Below, in pieces: positions 36,803 to 46,953 of a stretch of DNA of 64,000 nucleotides. The notes under the pieces are model-generated. The model searched no databases, was not told the DNA's origin, and saw only the letters and a list, made by a program, of their open reading frames with translations. Every line of letters begins with the position of its first letter. Within the stretch, counting starts at the first letter, position 1. Source of the stretch: Leptolyngbyaceae cyanobacterium (lineage in GTDB: Bacteria > Cyanobacteriota > Cyanobacteriia > Phormidesmidales > Phormidesmidaceae). The translations under genes were made by a program, and so were the position numbers. The stretch is from NCBI GenBank assembly GCA_965263355.1, contig CBDHHL010000032.1, positions 1,600,001 to 1,664,000 on the forward strand, given 5' to 3'.

Positions 36803-39484
36803 ATGTATAACCCCAAAAAATATTATTTCAGATGGGTTGGTTATCTCAGCATTATAGGTATTCTGGGCTGCACATTGCCAAGCGTAGCCCAATCAACCCA
36901 AATTGTAGGTGACAACTCGATTGGTACCCTGGTTAATGGTAATCTTTCAATTCCTTGCACTGGCGGCATCTGTTCAGTTACCGGTGGCACTCAGATAGGT
37001 ACAAGCCTTTTTCATAGTTTTGAGCAGTTTTCCCTACAGTCTGGCGATGAAGCTCGCTTTAATCATAACGGAATTGAAACAATTTTTACTCGTGTAACGG
37101 GAAGCAATTCCTTTATCGATGGTACTATTAGCACTGCAACACCGACTGATTTCTTCCTATTAAACCCCCAGGGAATTATCTTTGGTCCTAATGCGAGCCT
37201 TAATATCGGAGGTTCTTTTCTAGCGACTACAGCTGATAGCATCGTCTTTGACAATGACGTGACATTCAGTGCTAGTAATCCCACAACCCTAGGCAATTTA
37301 CTCAGCATTAGCACTCCTGTAGGTGTGCAGTTTGGCACAAATCCAGGTCCTATTAAAGTGCAAGGTCCAGGACACCAAATGACTCCATTTTTTACTACTG
37401 AGTTTACCCGCACTAATCGCCCTAACGGCTTACAGGTCACCAATGGTGAAACCCTTGCAATACTGAGTGGTCCTCTCACGATTGACGGTGGTAATCTGAC
37501 TGCTACAGGTGGACATGTAGAACTGGCTAGCGTTACCAAAAATGGTTTTGTCGATCTATCAACAACGAGAACCGGGCCTTGGTCGTTTGATTATATCGAA
37601 ACACCTAACTTGCAAGATATTTCGTTGACTAATGCAGCTTCCGTAGATGTAAGTGCATCTAATGGTGGCTCTGTGGGGATAAAAGCTCAAAATCTTTCCC
37701 TTAGTGGTGGTTCTGTGATTGCAGCTAATCTTCAAGGTGCTGGTACTAGTAACGGTTTAACGATTAATACAGAGAGTTTATCGATTCAGGGTTCCATTAA
37801 CGGTATCAACAGCGGTCTTTACAGCGATGCTGAGTTTCCAGCTACAGGCCAGGGTGGCGATATTGATGTTCAAACTCAACAACTCTCAATTTCTGATGCT
37901 GGCCGTATATCGGCCATTACCTTTTGGGATGCTGATGCCGGTGACATTCAAGTAGATACCGATAATCTGACCATAGATGGAGGGAGTTTTATCGTTTCAT
38001 CAGCTTATCCTTTTATCTCGGGCAGCACTGGCAACGTAGACGTCAATGCCAACAACATTAGATTAAGTGGGGGAGCTCAGATAGCAACTAGTAATTTTGG
38101 GTTTGGCTCCACTGGTCAATTAACAGTCAATGCCGATCAAATTATGATCATAGGCACAGATATTAATGGAAGAATTCAAAGTGGCTTTGAGGCTATTAAT
38201 GTTTTCGGTACTGAAGGCGAAGTCGTTGTAAATGCAAACCAAATTCGAATTTTAGACGGTGGGCAGATTACGGCTAGTACCCAGGGTCCTGGAGCTGGGG
38301 GACAGGTGACCATTACGGCTAACCTGCTTGAAGCCAACGGTACTGCCACGTTAACTAATGTTCCTAGTGGAGTATCTACAAGCGCGTTACCTAGTCCTCC
38401 TGCATTTGCTGCCCTCGGAGTCACTTCCACAGGAGACGGCGGTAATTTAACCTTGATTGTTGACCAGTTATATCTAACGGATGGTGCCAACATTGGTGTG
38501 GGCACCTTTGCTGATGGTGATGCCGGTAATATGACTATTCAGGCAAAAAATATTATTGAGTTAGCGGGTGTATCACCAGTGGGTCGTACAGGCCTATTTG
38601 CCAGTAACATTGAGGGTACAGGCGATGGTGGCAACATTAATTTAGAGGCAGAACAAGTTATCATCCGTAATGGAGCCACCGTTAGCGCCAGCAGTTTTCA
38701 AAGTCTCGGGTTAGCTCCTCCCGGTCAAGGAGCACCAGGCAATATTGAGATTAGGGCGGATAATTTATCATTAAATAATGATGCCAGCATTGCTGCTGAC
38801 ACCATTGCGATGAATCACGAGTTAGGCAATATCTTGCTCGATTTGGAGACCCTTACCCTACAGCAGGGTAGCCGCATTAGTACCAATGCCCAGGGGAGTT
38901 CGACAGGGGGAAATATTGTGATAGATGCGATCGCACTAATCGCCACAAACAACAGTGATATCTCCGCTAATGCCCAACAAGGTATTGGTGGTCAGATTGT
39001 TGTTAATGCCGATCTAATTTTAGGCACAGCCTTTCGCCCTCAGCTAACCCCCCAGAGTGATATCACCGCCAGCTCGGAATTAGGTCCCACATTTAGCGGT
39101 AGCGTTGAGCTTAACACTCCTGAGCACGAGCCAGGAGAAAGCTTAACCATATTGCCAACAACACCAGCTGACAATACCCAACAAATTACTCGCCAATGTT
39201 CATCAACTGGTAACTCACTTGTGGTTTCTGGTCGAGGAGGAACAGCTCCTGTTCCCAATGAGATTCTTAGGAGCAATACACTCTGGACAGATTTACGCAT
39301 GTTACAAAATCATAGGCTATATCCAGGGACATCAGTAACACCTGAAAGTTCAATTATTGATAACACCTCAAACTCCAATAATCAGGTATTTGAAGCTCAA
39401 GGAGTTGCCTTTGAAGATGGACAGGTAAAACTTTTAACAACAGCCACTACTACCCAGGCAGACATGACGCATATGACATGCTAA
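36803..39484 (+). CDS. Filamentous haemagglutinin-like (TPS-domain) beta-helix exoprotein
   Basis: Signal peptide, SLFHSFEQF, FLLNPQGIIFGPNA, G-G-G-I-I repeats, and the cyanobacterial tail SDITASS..C....GRGG.P. Start placed at the ATG at 36803. Confidence 0.92.
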   Translation: MYNPKKYYFRWVGYLSIIGILGCTLPSVAQSTQIVGDNSIGTLVNGNLSIPCTGGICSVTGGTQIGTSLFHSFEQFSLQSGDEARFNHNGIETIFTRVTGSNSFIDGTISTATPTDFFLLNPQGIIFGPNASLNIGGSFLATTADSIVFDNDVTFSASNPTTLGNLLSISTPVGVQFGTNPGPIKVQGPGHQMTPFFTTEFTRTNRPNGLQVTNGETLAILSGPLTIDGGNLTATGGHVELASVTKNGFVDLSTTRTGPWSFDYIETPNLQDISLTNAASVDVSASNGGSVGIKAQNLSLSGGSVIAANLQGAGTSNGLTINTESLSIQGSINGINSGLYSDAEFPATGQGGDIDVQTQQLSISDAGRISAITFWDADAGDIQVDTDNLTIDGGSFIVSSAYPFISGSTGNVDVNANNIRLSGGAQIATSNFGFGSTGQLTVNADQIMIIGTDINGRIQSGFEAINVFGTEGEVVVNANQIRILDGGQITASTQGPGAGGQVTITANLLEANGTATLTNVPSGVSTSALPSPPAFAALGVTSTGDGGNLTLIVDQLYLTDGANIGVGTFADGDAGNMTIQAKNIIELAGVSPVGRTGLFASNIEGTGDGGNINLEAEQVIIRNGATVSASSFQSLGLAPPGQGAPGNIEIRADNLSLNNDASIAADTIAMNHELGNILLDLETLTLQQGSRISTNAQGSSTGGNIVIDAIALIATNNSDISANAQQGIGGQIVVNADLILGTAFRPQLTPQSDITASSELGPTFSGSVELNTPEHEPGESLTILPTTPADNTQQITRQCSSTGNSLVVSGRGGTAPVPNEILRSNTLWTDLRMLQNHRLYPGTSVTPESSIIDNTSNSNNQVFEAQGVAFEDGQVKLLTTATTTQADMTHMTC

Positions 39485-39501
39485 GAGATTAAAGTTAAAT
39501 T

Positions 39502-39545
39502 TAAGCTACATGTTATTGGCATACTTGCCAATAACATGTAGCTTA
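39502..39545. terminator. Bidirectional terminator between the convergent FHA-like genes
   Basis: Perfect 20-bp inverted repeat TAAGCTACATGTTATTGGCA-TACT-TGCCAATAACATGTAGCTTA. Confidence 0.8.
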
Positions 39546-41828
39546 GCCTAAACAGTTTAAGGAACTTTGAACTAAGCCGTTCTGTGAACCGTTGATTAAT
39601 TCAACCTGACCGTTCTCGTTAACCGACCATCCCTGAGCCTCTATTAAAGTGGTTTCAATGTTGATGACTTCAGTATTAGTTTTTTCAGTATTAACCGTTT
39701 CACTAACAGAAGACTGAAATTCAAAGGTATTTTGAGTGGTGTCATTTCCCCATCGGAGATCTTGCCAGACAGTCTCTCCTCTCAACATTTGATTGGCATT
39801 TTGAGGTACTCCCCCTCGACCAGATACAACGAAAGTGTTATCTGCTTCTAGGGCACAGGCTGTTCGAATTTGTTCTTGATTGACTATGACTTGGGGTAAT
39901 GCGATCGCACCCTGCGTCGGATCAATCTCTGGTGTAATCAGCACTACCTGACCACTAAATTCTGCCCCTTGCTCCGAAAAAGCGGTGATATCATTATCGG
40001 GCGTTAGTATATCGCGGAACTCCGCTCCAAAAACCCCCCCTGCATCAACAGAAATCTTACCCCCAAAGCTATTCACGGCATTGGCTGTAATATCGCTATT
40101 ACCAATGGCTATGAGCGTGCCCGTATCTAAATTAATGTTTCCACCTGTGGCGTTCCCCGTCGCACTGGTTGTAATAAGACTGCCATTTTTCAAAACAATA
40201 GCATCTGCTTCGAGATCAATGTTGGCTCCACCCCCATCCACACTATCGGCAGTTAGCAGCGACTGACTGTCCAACAAAATGACTTCAGCACCTTGTACCT
40301 GAATACTGCCAGCCGCTCCCGTTCCGGATGGAACACGTGATGTGGGACTACTGGGAGAATTACTAACATTTATGGTTGCCCCATCTCGCAAGCTGAGATA
40401 AGGGGTATTGACGGTAACATTACCCCCTGAACCCGCTTGAAACAGCGCATTGGCAAATAATCCACTGCGACCATCGTCAGTATTGCCTTCCAACGTAACG
40501 GACTCTGTCGCGTTAATGCTGACACTGCCAGCATCGCCAGTTGTCTGTGTACCGCTGACAATCTGACCACCCTCCGTCACGATCAACCGTGCAGTGTCGA
40601 TAACAATCTGTCCACTAGAACCAGTATCAACAGAAATTATGCTTCCAGTGTTTCGATCTCTAGTAATGGAGGTGGTTGCGGCAATATTACTAGGACCATT
40701 CTCTGAGAACCCTGCCACCTCAATTGTTTCTGTATTTTGGATAGTAACATTACCACTATTTCCAGAACCTAATGTCCTGGAAAAAATACTACCTCCATTA
40801 ATCAGGCGAATATTATCTGTCTGAACATTGATATCTCCACCCGACGCTGTGCTGCCAAAGACCGACACTATACCAATAAAGTCATCACGGGGAGAATCCG
40901 TGTTATCTATGATCAATGTATCGGCACTGACATCAATCTGACCCAGTTCACCCGATCCGAAACTACCCAAAATCACCTGAGTACCGCCGGTAAGGCTGAC
41001 CGTTGGTGCATCCAAAATAATCCGGTTACTACCATCGCCATCACCAACTAACCCATTTTCAACCGTTCCCCCAGTCATGGTGATAGCTTCAGTCGCCGTT
41101 AGTTGAATAGCTCCTCCACTAGGTCCTAAAATATCAAACACCTGGATTTCAGCCCCTGGTGTTAGTGCCACATTGCGTCCTACAAACGCTAACGTTTGCC
41201 CATGCAGTCCGCCTAGGCGGGCAAACCCACCAGACCCAGTAGGCGTATTAACAACAATATCCCCAGAATTAGCCCCTAGCTGTAGCCCAATGGGAGTACT
41301 TACTGTCAGTAAAGACACAACCGTTGGATCACCTGAATTAATAACAGCGGAGTCAAAAGTTATATTTTCTGCTGTACTGGCAATAAAGTCACCTGAAACA
41401 TCTAGAGCAGCATCTGCCCCAAAAATAATGCCATTGGGATTGATTAGGAAAAGATTTGCGGGGCCATTAACAGCTAGGGTGCCATTAATAGTAGATACAT
41501 TGCTGGAATCAACAGCCGTAATTTGTCCAATAATATTTACAACACCTGGATCATCAAAGGTAACCGTTGCACCTGTATCTACATTAAACGTCTGAAACGA
41601 ATGCATTAAGCTAGTGTCTCTTCGTGTGCCACCTGTAATCAGGCAGGAGCCTGAACAGTTAGTTCCACCGTTTAATAAGGTTGTTGTGTCATCTTGAACA
41701 ATTGATTGAGCAACCGCTGAATACCCTAAGAAAAGACTACCCATGGTTAAGCTACTTACCCAGGGAAGTAGCTTGAGTAAAACTGTAGGTGGTTTCCAAT
41801 AATTTTCCCAAGAAATCATAGGCATCAT
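39543..41828 (-). CDS. Filamentous haemagglutinin-like (TPS-domain) exoprotein
   Basis: SLMHSFQTF, NLFLINPNGIIFG, NDITAFS and SGRGGVP..EAQGW. Confidence 0.92.
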   Translation of the reverse strand: MMPMISWENYWKPPTVLLKLLPWVSSLTMGSLFLGYSAVAQSIVQDDTTTLLNGGTNCSGSCLITGGTRRDTSLMHSFQTFNVDTGATVTFDDPGVVNIIGQITAVDSSNVSTINGTLAVNGPANLFLINPNGIIFGADAALDVSGDFIASTAENITFDSAVINSGDPTVVSLLTVSTPIGLQLGANSGDIVVNTPTGSGGFARLGGLHGQTLAFVGRNVALTPGAEIQVFDILGPSGGAIQLTATEAITMTGGTVENGLVGDGDGSNRIILDAPTVSLTGGTQVILGSFGSGELGQIDVSADTLIIDNTDSPRDDFIGIVSVFGSTASGGDINVQTDNIRLINGGSIFSRTLGSGNSGNVTIQNTETIEVAGFSENGPSNIAATTSITRDRNTGSIISVDTGSSGQIVIDTARLIVTEGGQIVSGTQTTGDAGSVSINATESVTLEGNTDDGRSGLFANALFQAGSGGNVTVNTPYLSLRDGATINVSNSPSSPTSRVPSGTGAAGSIQVQGAEVILLDSQSLLTADSVDGGGANIDLEADAIVLKNGSLITTSATGNATGGNINLDTGTLIAIGNSDITANAVNSFGGKISVDAGGVFGAEFRDILTPDNDITAFSEQGAEFSGQVVLITPEIDPTQGAIALPQVIVNQEQIRTACALEADNTFVVSGRGGVPQNANQMLRGETVWQDLRWGNDTTQNTFEFQSSVSETVNTEKTNTEVINIETTLIEAQGWSVNENGQVELINGSQNGLVQSSLNCLG

Positions 41829-42373
41829 GGCAGAGCATCCAGAGAATCGGTCAACAGCGTCTAGTGCGTAGTCATTTCAAATAAAACCTGCAGTCTTCTC
41901 TGTATAAAGTGACTGTTATGAGTGTAGATAAGAGTTAGATATTGCCACACGTTTTAACGTAAAAGTGCCCTGAGAGCAAAATTAAATAACAATTAATTCA
42001 GGGTGACTTGATGCGGTCAATATTTCTCAGGAGAAATGATTAAAGACACTTGATATGTAATGAATTCAATATGAGTCATTACTGTAAGACTTTTCAGCAA
42101 ACACCTAAGTTAATGTACTGATATCTCAGCTATTTTGCGTAGGAAAAATGATTTTCTACAACAACTAAATTTATTCAATAACCTTATCTTCACCCAACTC
42201 AATAAGAGTCTCACCTAAGTTTTACATGAGTTTTGGTGTGTTTTCCCATGAGGAATATACTGTCTCACAACTATGCTTGTTAGGTATAAAAAAACACTTC
42301 GTGTCTGCTAAATCGGGTTGCTTGAAGTTGTTTCTGTAACTATTCCTGAAAACACAGCTTAAGAGTAAGAAAA

Positions 42374-45300
42374 ATGGTCCAGTTCAACTTTACCTACGAC
42401 CCTGGAATTTCTGTAGAACAGCGTACTGGCTTTGAGCTAGCAGCCCGCATCTGGGGGGCCTATCTGACCGATGACATTACCGTTAACCTCCACATTGCCT
42501 CGGTTGATGAGCTTGAAGGTAATGCCATTGGCGGAGCGGTGCCAGTTTTATACGAGCAAAACTATGGCGTTTTTACTCAATATCTGGAGAACGATGCCAC
42601 TAATTCATCAGTGGATCAGCAAGCCCTTGAGAGTTTGCAGGATGGTAATACGGTAGATGTTATTGTTGACGGGGAAGTCATTGATGGGAATAGTCAGCTT
42701 TTACTCACGTCTGCCCAAGCAAAAGCCCTGGGTATGGATGAGGCGCTTGCGCTTGAAAATGGTGGCACCTGGGACCGTGACTTAGTCGAGCCAGATGGAT
42801 TAGATGGCTACATTGTCATCAACCAAAGTTATGACTGGAACTATGACTTTCTACGGGAAGGGAAGGCACCTGCAAGCACATTAGACTTTCTTAGTCTAGC
42901 GATGCATGAGATTGGTCATCAACTTGGTTTTGTCAGCGGTCTAGATGGTTTGCTCAATATTGAAGAGCTTCATTCTGGCGAGACCCAGGTCGATGGCTTT
43001 ACTGTTCTGGATTTATTCCGTCATACGGTAGAGAGTAGCGATGTCGATAATGCAGACGGTGCCGTTAGCGACCTAACGTTAGGCGCTAATGCCTATTTTT
43101 CCGTAGATGGTGGCACTACTGACCTTGGAGAGTTTTCTGATGGACAGAGACTCCAAGCCGCTCACTGGAAACGGATGAAAGATGCTTTGGGCATTATGGA
43201 TCCCACGCTGGCCTATCGAGAACGGCTCAGCCTAACAGAACTTGACCTACAGGCGTTTGATGCCCTGGGGTATGAGGTTAACTATGGAGTGCTGGATGGA
43301 CTGGATATCAGTACCCTGCTAAATGAGGCAGAAATAGCCGTCAACAGTTCATTAGCCAATTCCTCTAGTGATAGTGGTTTGCTAACCAGTACAGCTTCGG
43401 GTGATGGTGTTCATCAGGGTATGAGTGATGAAGAATGGTGGCAGATTTTTGAAGAACAGCTAGGCTCTCTAGGTTGGAGCGATTGGTGGCAGATTATAGA
43501 CCTGGGTTTTGGCGGATGGTGGCAAAAATTTGGTCAATCTTTAATCAATCAGGGCTATGGCCAATGGTGGCAAATCTTTGAGCAGAATATCAGTCAAGGG
43601 TTGAGTACCTGGTTCCAAAGGTTGGAAACTACATTTTTTGATCTGGGTTTTGGGCGATGGTGGCAAAAGTTTGATCTGGGAAATATTTCCTGGTGGCAAG
43701 AGCTAGAGCCCTTTTTCTTAACGGTAGATAATGCTGTTGAGGGTTCTACCCCAGTTGACAGTGCCACGACTGACAACAGCATCTTAGAAACGGCTGTTGA
43801 TATCGTGCTGAGTGGAAACGTCGACAATATTTTAGCGGGAGATGAAAACCATAACCAGATTTATGCTGGGGCTGGAGATGACCTGATTGATGGAAAAGCT
43901 GGGGATGATGAGCTTTGGGGAGAAGCCGGGCGCGATACCATCTATGGTCACGATGGTAATGACAAGATTTACGGTGGTGAGCACAATGACTTGCTAATGG
44001 GAGAAGCCGGTAATGATGAACTCCACGGTGGTGAAGGTCATGATATCTTAAGCGGCGGCGAAGGAAAGGACATTCTGCACGGAAATAAAGGGCATGACGA
44101 TCTGCGTGGTGGTGATGGTGACGACATACTATCGGGCAATGATGGTCACGATCGCCTGGAGGGTGACAGTGGTAACGATCTCCTAATAGGTGGTAAAGGG
44201 CATGATGAACTCAATGGTGGCAGTGATGACGATATTGTCTTTGGTGATGCCTATTTGTCTGAAGATGAAGCATTACTCGAACAGCTAAAACAGAAAATAC
44301 AAGAACCTGAGAGTTCTGGCAGCACCTCAGCAACACCCTCAACTAATTCTGAGTCACAGCAAGTTATCTCGTTCGAGAATATTCTTGTGACTCATTTAGA
44401 GTCAAATGTTCTAGAGAATTTGACGACACAAAACTCTGAGGGTGAGGAATCTGTAGATGAAGCATCTTCCACCGATTCTGAACCAACTGTATTAGGTGAT
44501 GCTATTCGAATTGAAGCCGAATCCATGGCCCTGAATGGATATCATACAGAATATACAAGTGTTGCTTCGAATAATCGATTGATACGTACTAAATCCAGCG
44601 GCATCGCCAGTACATCTTTTACGGGGGACACTGGTTATTACAACATTGTGGTTGCCTACTATGATGAAAATGATGGGCTAGCGCGGCTCTCTGCTAGTTT
44701 GGCAGGTGTGGAACTAGACGATTGGCAGTTAAATCAAAATCTGGGATCCGACAGAGCAAGCACTAACAACTTAGTCACACGCACTATTGCCACTCAAGTA
44801 CAGATAAATACTGGGGATCTTCTAGAGCTTCAAGGGCAAAGAGAGTATAACGAATTTGCTCGCATTGACTATGTAGAGTTTATTCCGGTGTCTGCTCCGG
44901 TGGTTGTTGAACCAACAGTTGCGACTGATGGTGACACTCTTCAGGGTGGGTTTGGTAATGATATTCTTTTTGGTGGAATAGGTGACGATCTGATCTATGG
45001 TGAATCTCAAGCTGATAACACCAGCAGTCTGTTGCAAGGAGCCCAAACCTATAATGGGCATACTTATCTGCTGACTGAGATTGGCACCTGGAATGAAGCT
45101 CAAGCCGATGCTCATATATTAGGTGGTAACTTGGTTACCCTCAACAATTCAGAAGAAGAAGCTTGGTTGCAACAGACATTTGGTACGTCAGAAAGTTTCT
45201 GGTTGGGAATTAATGACCAACGAGTAGAAGGACAATTTGAATGGGTTAGTGGTGAAGCGATCACCTATATGAACTGGGCGCCTGGTGAGCCAAATGATAC

Positions 45301-46579
45301 TGGGGGAGGACAGGACTTTGGTCGACTGAACTATGGCAGTAATAACCAGTGGGATGATACTCAACATAATGGTTTTTGGGATCCGGATGCTTCTAAGTGG
45401 GTAGAAGGCCTACGCGGCATCATAGAGATCGACGCAGCCAATAGCGATATTCTTGTAGGAGGCGTGGGTAACGATACCCTATATGGCAATGCAGGCAACG
45501 ACACTCTCTACGGTGACAATCTAGAGAATGTAAGTGCTTCTTTAACAAGCGGTCTGGTTGGCCATTGGGGTCTTGATGAAACCACAGGTATACAAGCCAA
45601 CGATACTACCGGTAGCCACTCAGGAACACTCAGTCATATGACTAGTAGCCAATGGACTACTGGCCAAGTGGGTGGTGCCTTATCCTTTGATGGATATAAC
45701 GATCGAGTGATTGTTGCTGATTCATCAGCTCTCGATATTACCAATACCCTGACTCTAGCAACCTGGGTCAAAGCAGATACATTTGAATACTTGGACGGAC
45801 TGATTGTCAAAGGAACGTCTAACATTCCCTATGCTTTGGATTTAAGCAATGATGGTAGATTGATCTTCACAGCCAACTATAGATCTAGCTTATTAGGAAG
45901 TTTGCTTGGCAGTAGTGGTGGTGAATGGTCTTCTAATACTGCTCTCCAAGCTAATAAGTGGCACCATGTGGCTGTCACTTATGACGGCAGTTATTTACAG
46001 TTTTACGTTGATGGTCAGTTGGATAGTAGCCATCAGGCAAGTATTACCTTTGATAGCAACGACGAATCTTTCGTATTAGGTGCTGATTTGGCAGGTGGTT
46101 CTCATCTTGATGGGGCTTTGGATGATGCCAGAGTTTATAACCGGGCATTGACCGCTGATGAAGTGGTTGAGTTGGCTACCTTAACAACCGAGAAGATGAT
46201 TGGAGGAAATGATACTTTAATAGGCGGTGTAGGTAACGACACTCTGGTGGGTGGAGTTGGCAATGATAGTTTGAATGGAACGGATGCTATAGCGGTTGGC
46301 TATTTCGAAAAAGATACGCTAACCGGTGGTCTCGGAATCGATACCTTTATTCTTGGAGATGCTAACCACATTTATTATCAAGGTAAGGAGAATCAAGACT
46401 ATGCTCTGATCACAGACTTCAATTCTGGTGAAGACCTGATCGTTTTACATGGCACCGCCAATGATTACACCCAATCGCAACAAGGAAATGATACTTATCT
46501 ATATGCCAGCTCAGACCTTGTAGCTGTTTTTGAAAATATTTCCAACTTAAACCTCAGCGTTGGGGTTGTCTTTGCATAA
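42374..46579 (+). CDS. Secreted zinc metalloprotease (NF038122-like N-terminus) with RTX repeats, CBM-like, C-type lectin and LamG domains
   Basis: HEIGHQLG zincin motif, many GGxGxD nonapeptides, IRIEAE..IDY carbohydrate-binding module, C-type lectin motifs WLGIND and NWAPGEPN, LamG motifs WHHVAVTYDG and RVYNRAL. No Sec signal; RTX-type C-terminus. Confidence 0.88.
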   Translation: MVQFNFTYDPGISVEQRTGFELAARIWGAYLTDDITVNLHIASVDELEGNAIGGAVPVLYEQNYGVFTQYLENDATNSSVDQQALESLQDGNTVDVIVDGEVIDGNSQLLLTSAQAKALGMDEALALENGGTWDRDLVEPDGLDGYIVINQSYDWNYDFLREGKAPASTLDFLSLAMHEIGHQLGFVSGLDGLLNIEELHSGETQVDGFTVLDLFRHTVESSDVDNADGAVSDLTLGANAYFSVDGGTTDLGEFSDGQRLQAAHWKRMKDALGIMDPTLAYRERLSLTELDLQAFDALGYEVNYGVLDGLDISTLLNEAEIAVNSSLANSSSDSGLLTSTASGDGVHQGMSDEEWWQIFEEQLGSLGWSDWWQIIDLGFGGWWQKFGQSLINQGYGQWWQIFEQNISQGLSTWFQRLETTFFDLGFGRWWQKFDLGNISWWQELEPFFLTVDNAVEGSTPVDSATTDNSILETAVDIVLSGNVDNILAGDENHNQIYAGAGDDLIDGKAGDDELWGEAGRDTIYGHDGNDKIYGGEHNDLLMGEAGNDELHGGEGHDILSGGEGKDILHGNKGHDDLRGGDGDDILSGNDGHDRLEGDSGNDLLIGGKGHDELNGGSDDDIVFGDAYLSEDEALLEQLKQKIQEPESSGSTSATPSTNSESQQVISFENILVTHLESNVLENLTTQNSEGEESVDEASSTDSEPTVLGDAIRIEAESMALNGYHTEYTSVASNNRLIRTKSSGIASTSFTGDTGYYNIVVAYYDENDGLARLSASLAGVELDDWQLNQNLGSDRASTNNLVTRTIATQVQINTGDLLELQGQREYNEFARIDYVEFIPVSAPVVVEPTVATDGDTLQGGFGNDILFGGIGDDLIYGESQADNTSSLLQGAQTYNGHTYLLTEIGTWNEAQADAHILGGNLVTLNNSEEEAWLQQTFGTSESFWLGINDQRVEGQFEWVSGEAITYMNWAPGEPNDTGGGQDFGRLNYGSNNQWDDTQHNGFWDPDASKWVEGLRGIIEIDAANSDILVGGVGNDTLYGNAGNDTLYGDNLENVSASLTSGLVGHWGLDETTGIQANDTTGSHSGTLSHMTSSQWTTGQVGGALSFDGYNDRVIVADSSALDITNTLTLATWVKADTFEYLDGLIVKGTSNIPYALDLSNDGRLIFTANYRSSLLGSLLGSSGGEWSSNTALQANKWHHVAVTYDGSYLQFYVDGQLDSSHQASITFDSNDESFVLGADLAGGSHLDGALDDARVYNRALTADEVVELATLTTEKMIGGNDTLIGGVGNDTLVGGVGNDSLNGTDAIAVGYFEKDTLTGGLGIDTFILGDANHIYYQGKENQDYALITDFNSGEDLIVLHGTANDYTQSQQGNDTYLYASSDLVAVFENISNLNLSVGVVFA

Positions 46580-46593
46580 GTAAGGTTCAAGAG

Positions 46594-46627
46594 ACTATCG
46601 TGTCATTGCCTACAGTGACACGATAGT
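46594..46627 (+). terminator. Stem-loop after the metalloprotease gene
   Basis: ACTATCGTGTCATTG-CCTA-CAGTGACACGATAGT. Confidence 0.65.
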
Positions 46628-46654
46628 TGTCAACTCTCAATTAAGGATTAATAC

Positions 46655-46888
46655 ATGTTGTTCAAAAATGCAATCCACCCTTGGAGAGGTTCTGACTTAA
46701 CATTAGTCGTACCCTTTGGGATATCCACTAAAGTATTAACTTGTCAGTTAGCCATCCTCTTAGTATGCAGCTCCTTGTTGTTGAACTATTGTTTGCCGTC
46801 TAATCAAACACAGACCTACGCATCAGCGACGGAAGAAATCCTACGTCAAGGCATCCCAAAGGGTCGAATTTCTGGTGCAAGCCGTTAG
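46655..46888 (+). CDS. Small putatively exported protein ending in GIPKGRISGASR
   Basis: AAGGA ribosome-binding site, a hydrophobic stretch LAILLVCSSLLL, and a C-terminal G-x-P-x-x-R-x-x-G-x-x-R motif. Confidence 0.6.
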   Translation: MLFKNAIHPWRGSDLTLVVPFGISTKVLTCQLAILLVCSSLLLNYCLPSNQTQTYASATEEILRQGIPKGRISGASR

Positions 46889-46953
46889 CAAGGACTTTTC
46901 CAACTCTTCCCGCTCGTCAGTCATGCCAAAATTATCTTGAACTTGGAGAAGGA

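Noticed and set aside
43860..44240. 27-bp periodic sequence that could be mistaken for a CRISPR or tandem array
   Set aside because: In-frame RTX GGxGxD nonapeptide codons; no constant repeat-spacer structure and no cas genes.
46655..46888. patX/patS identity for the small protein
   Set aside because: Lacks the RG[ST]GR pentapeptide.
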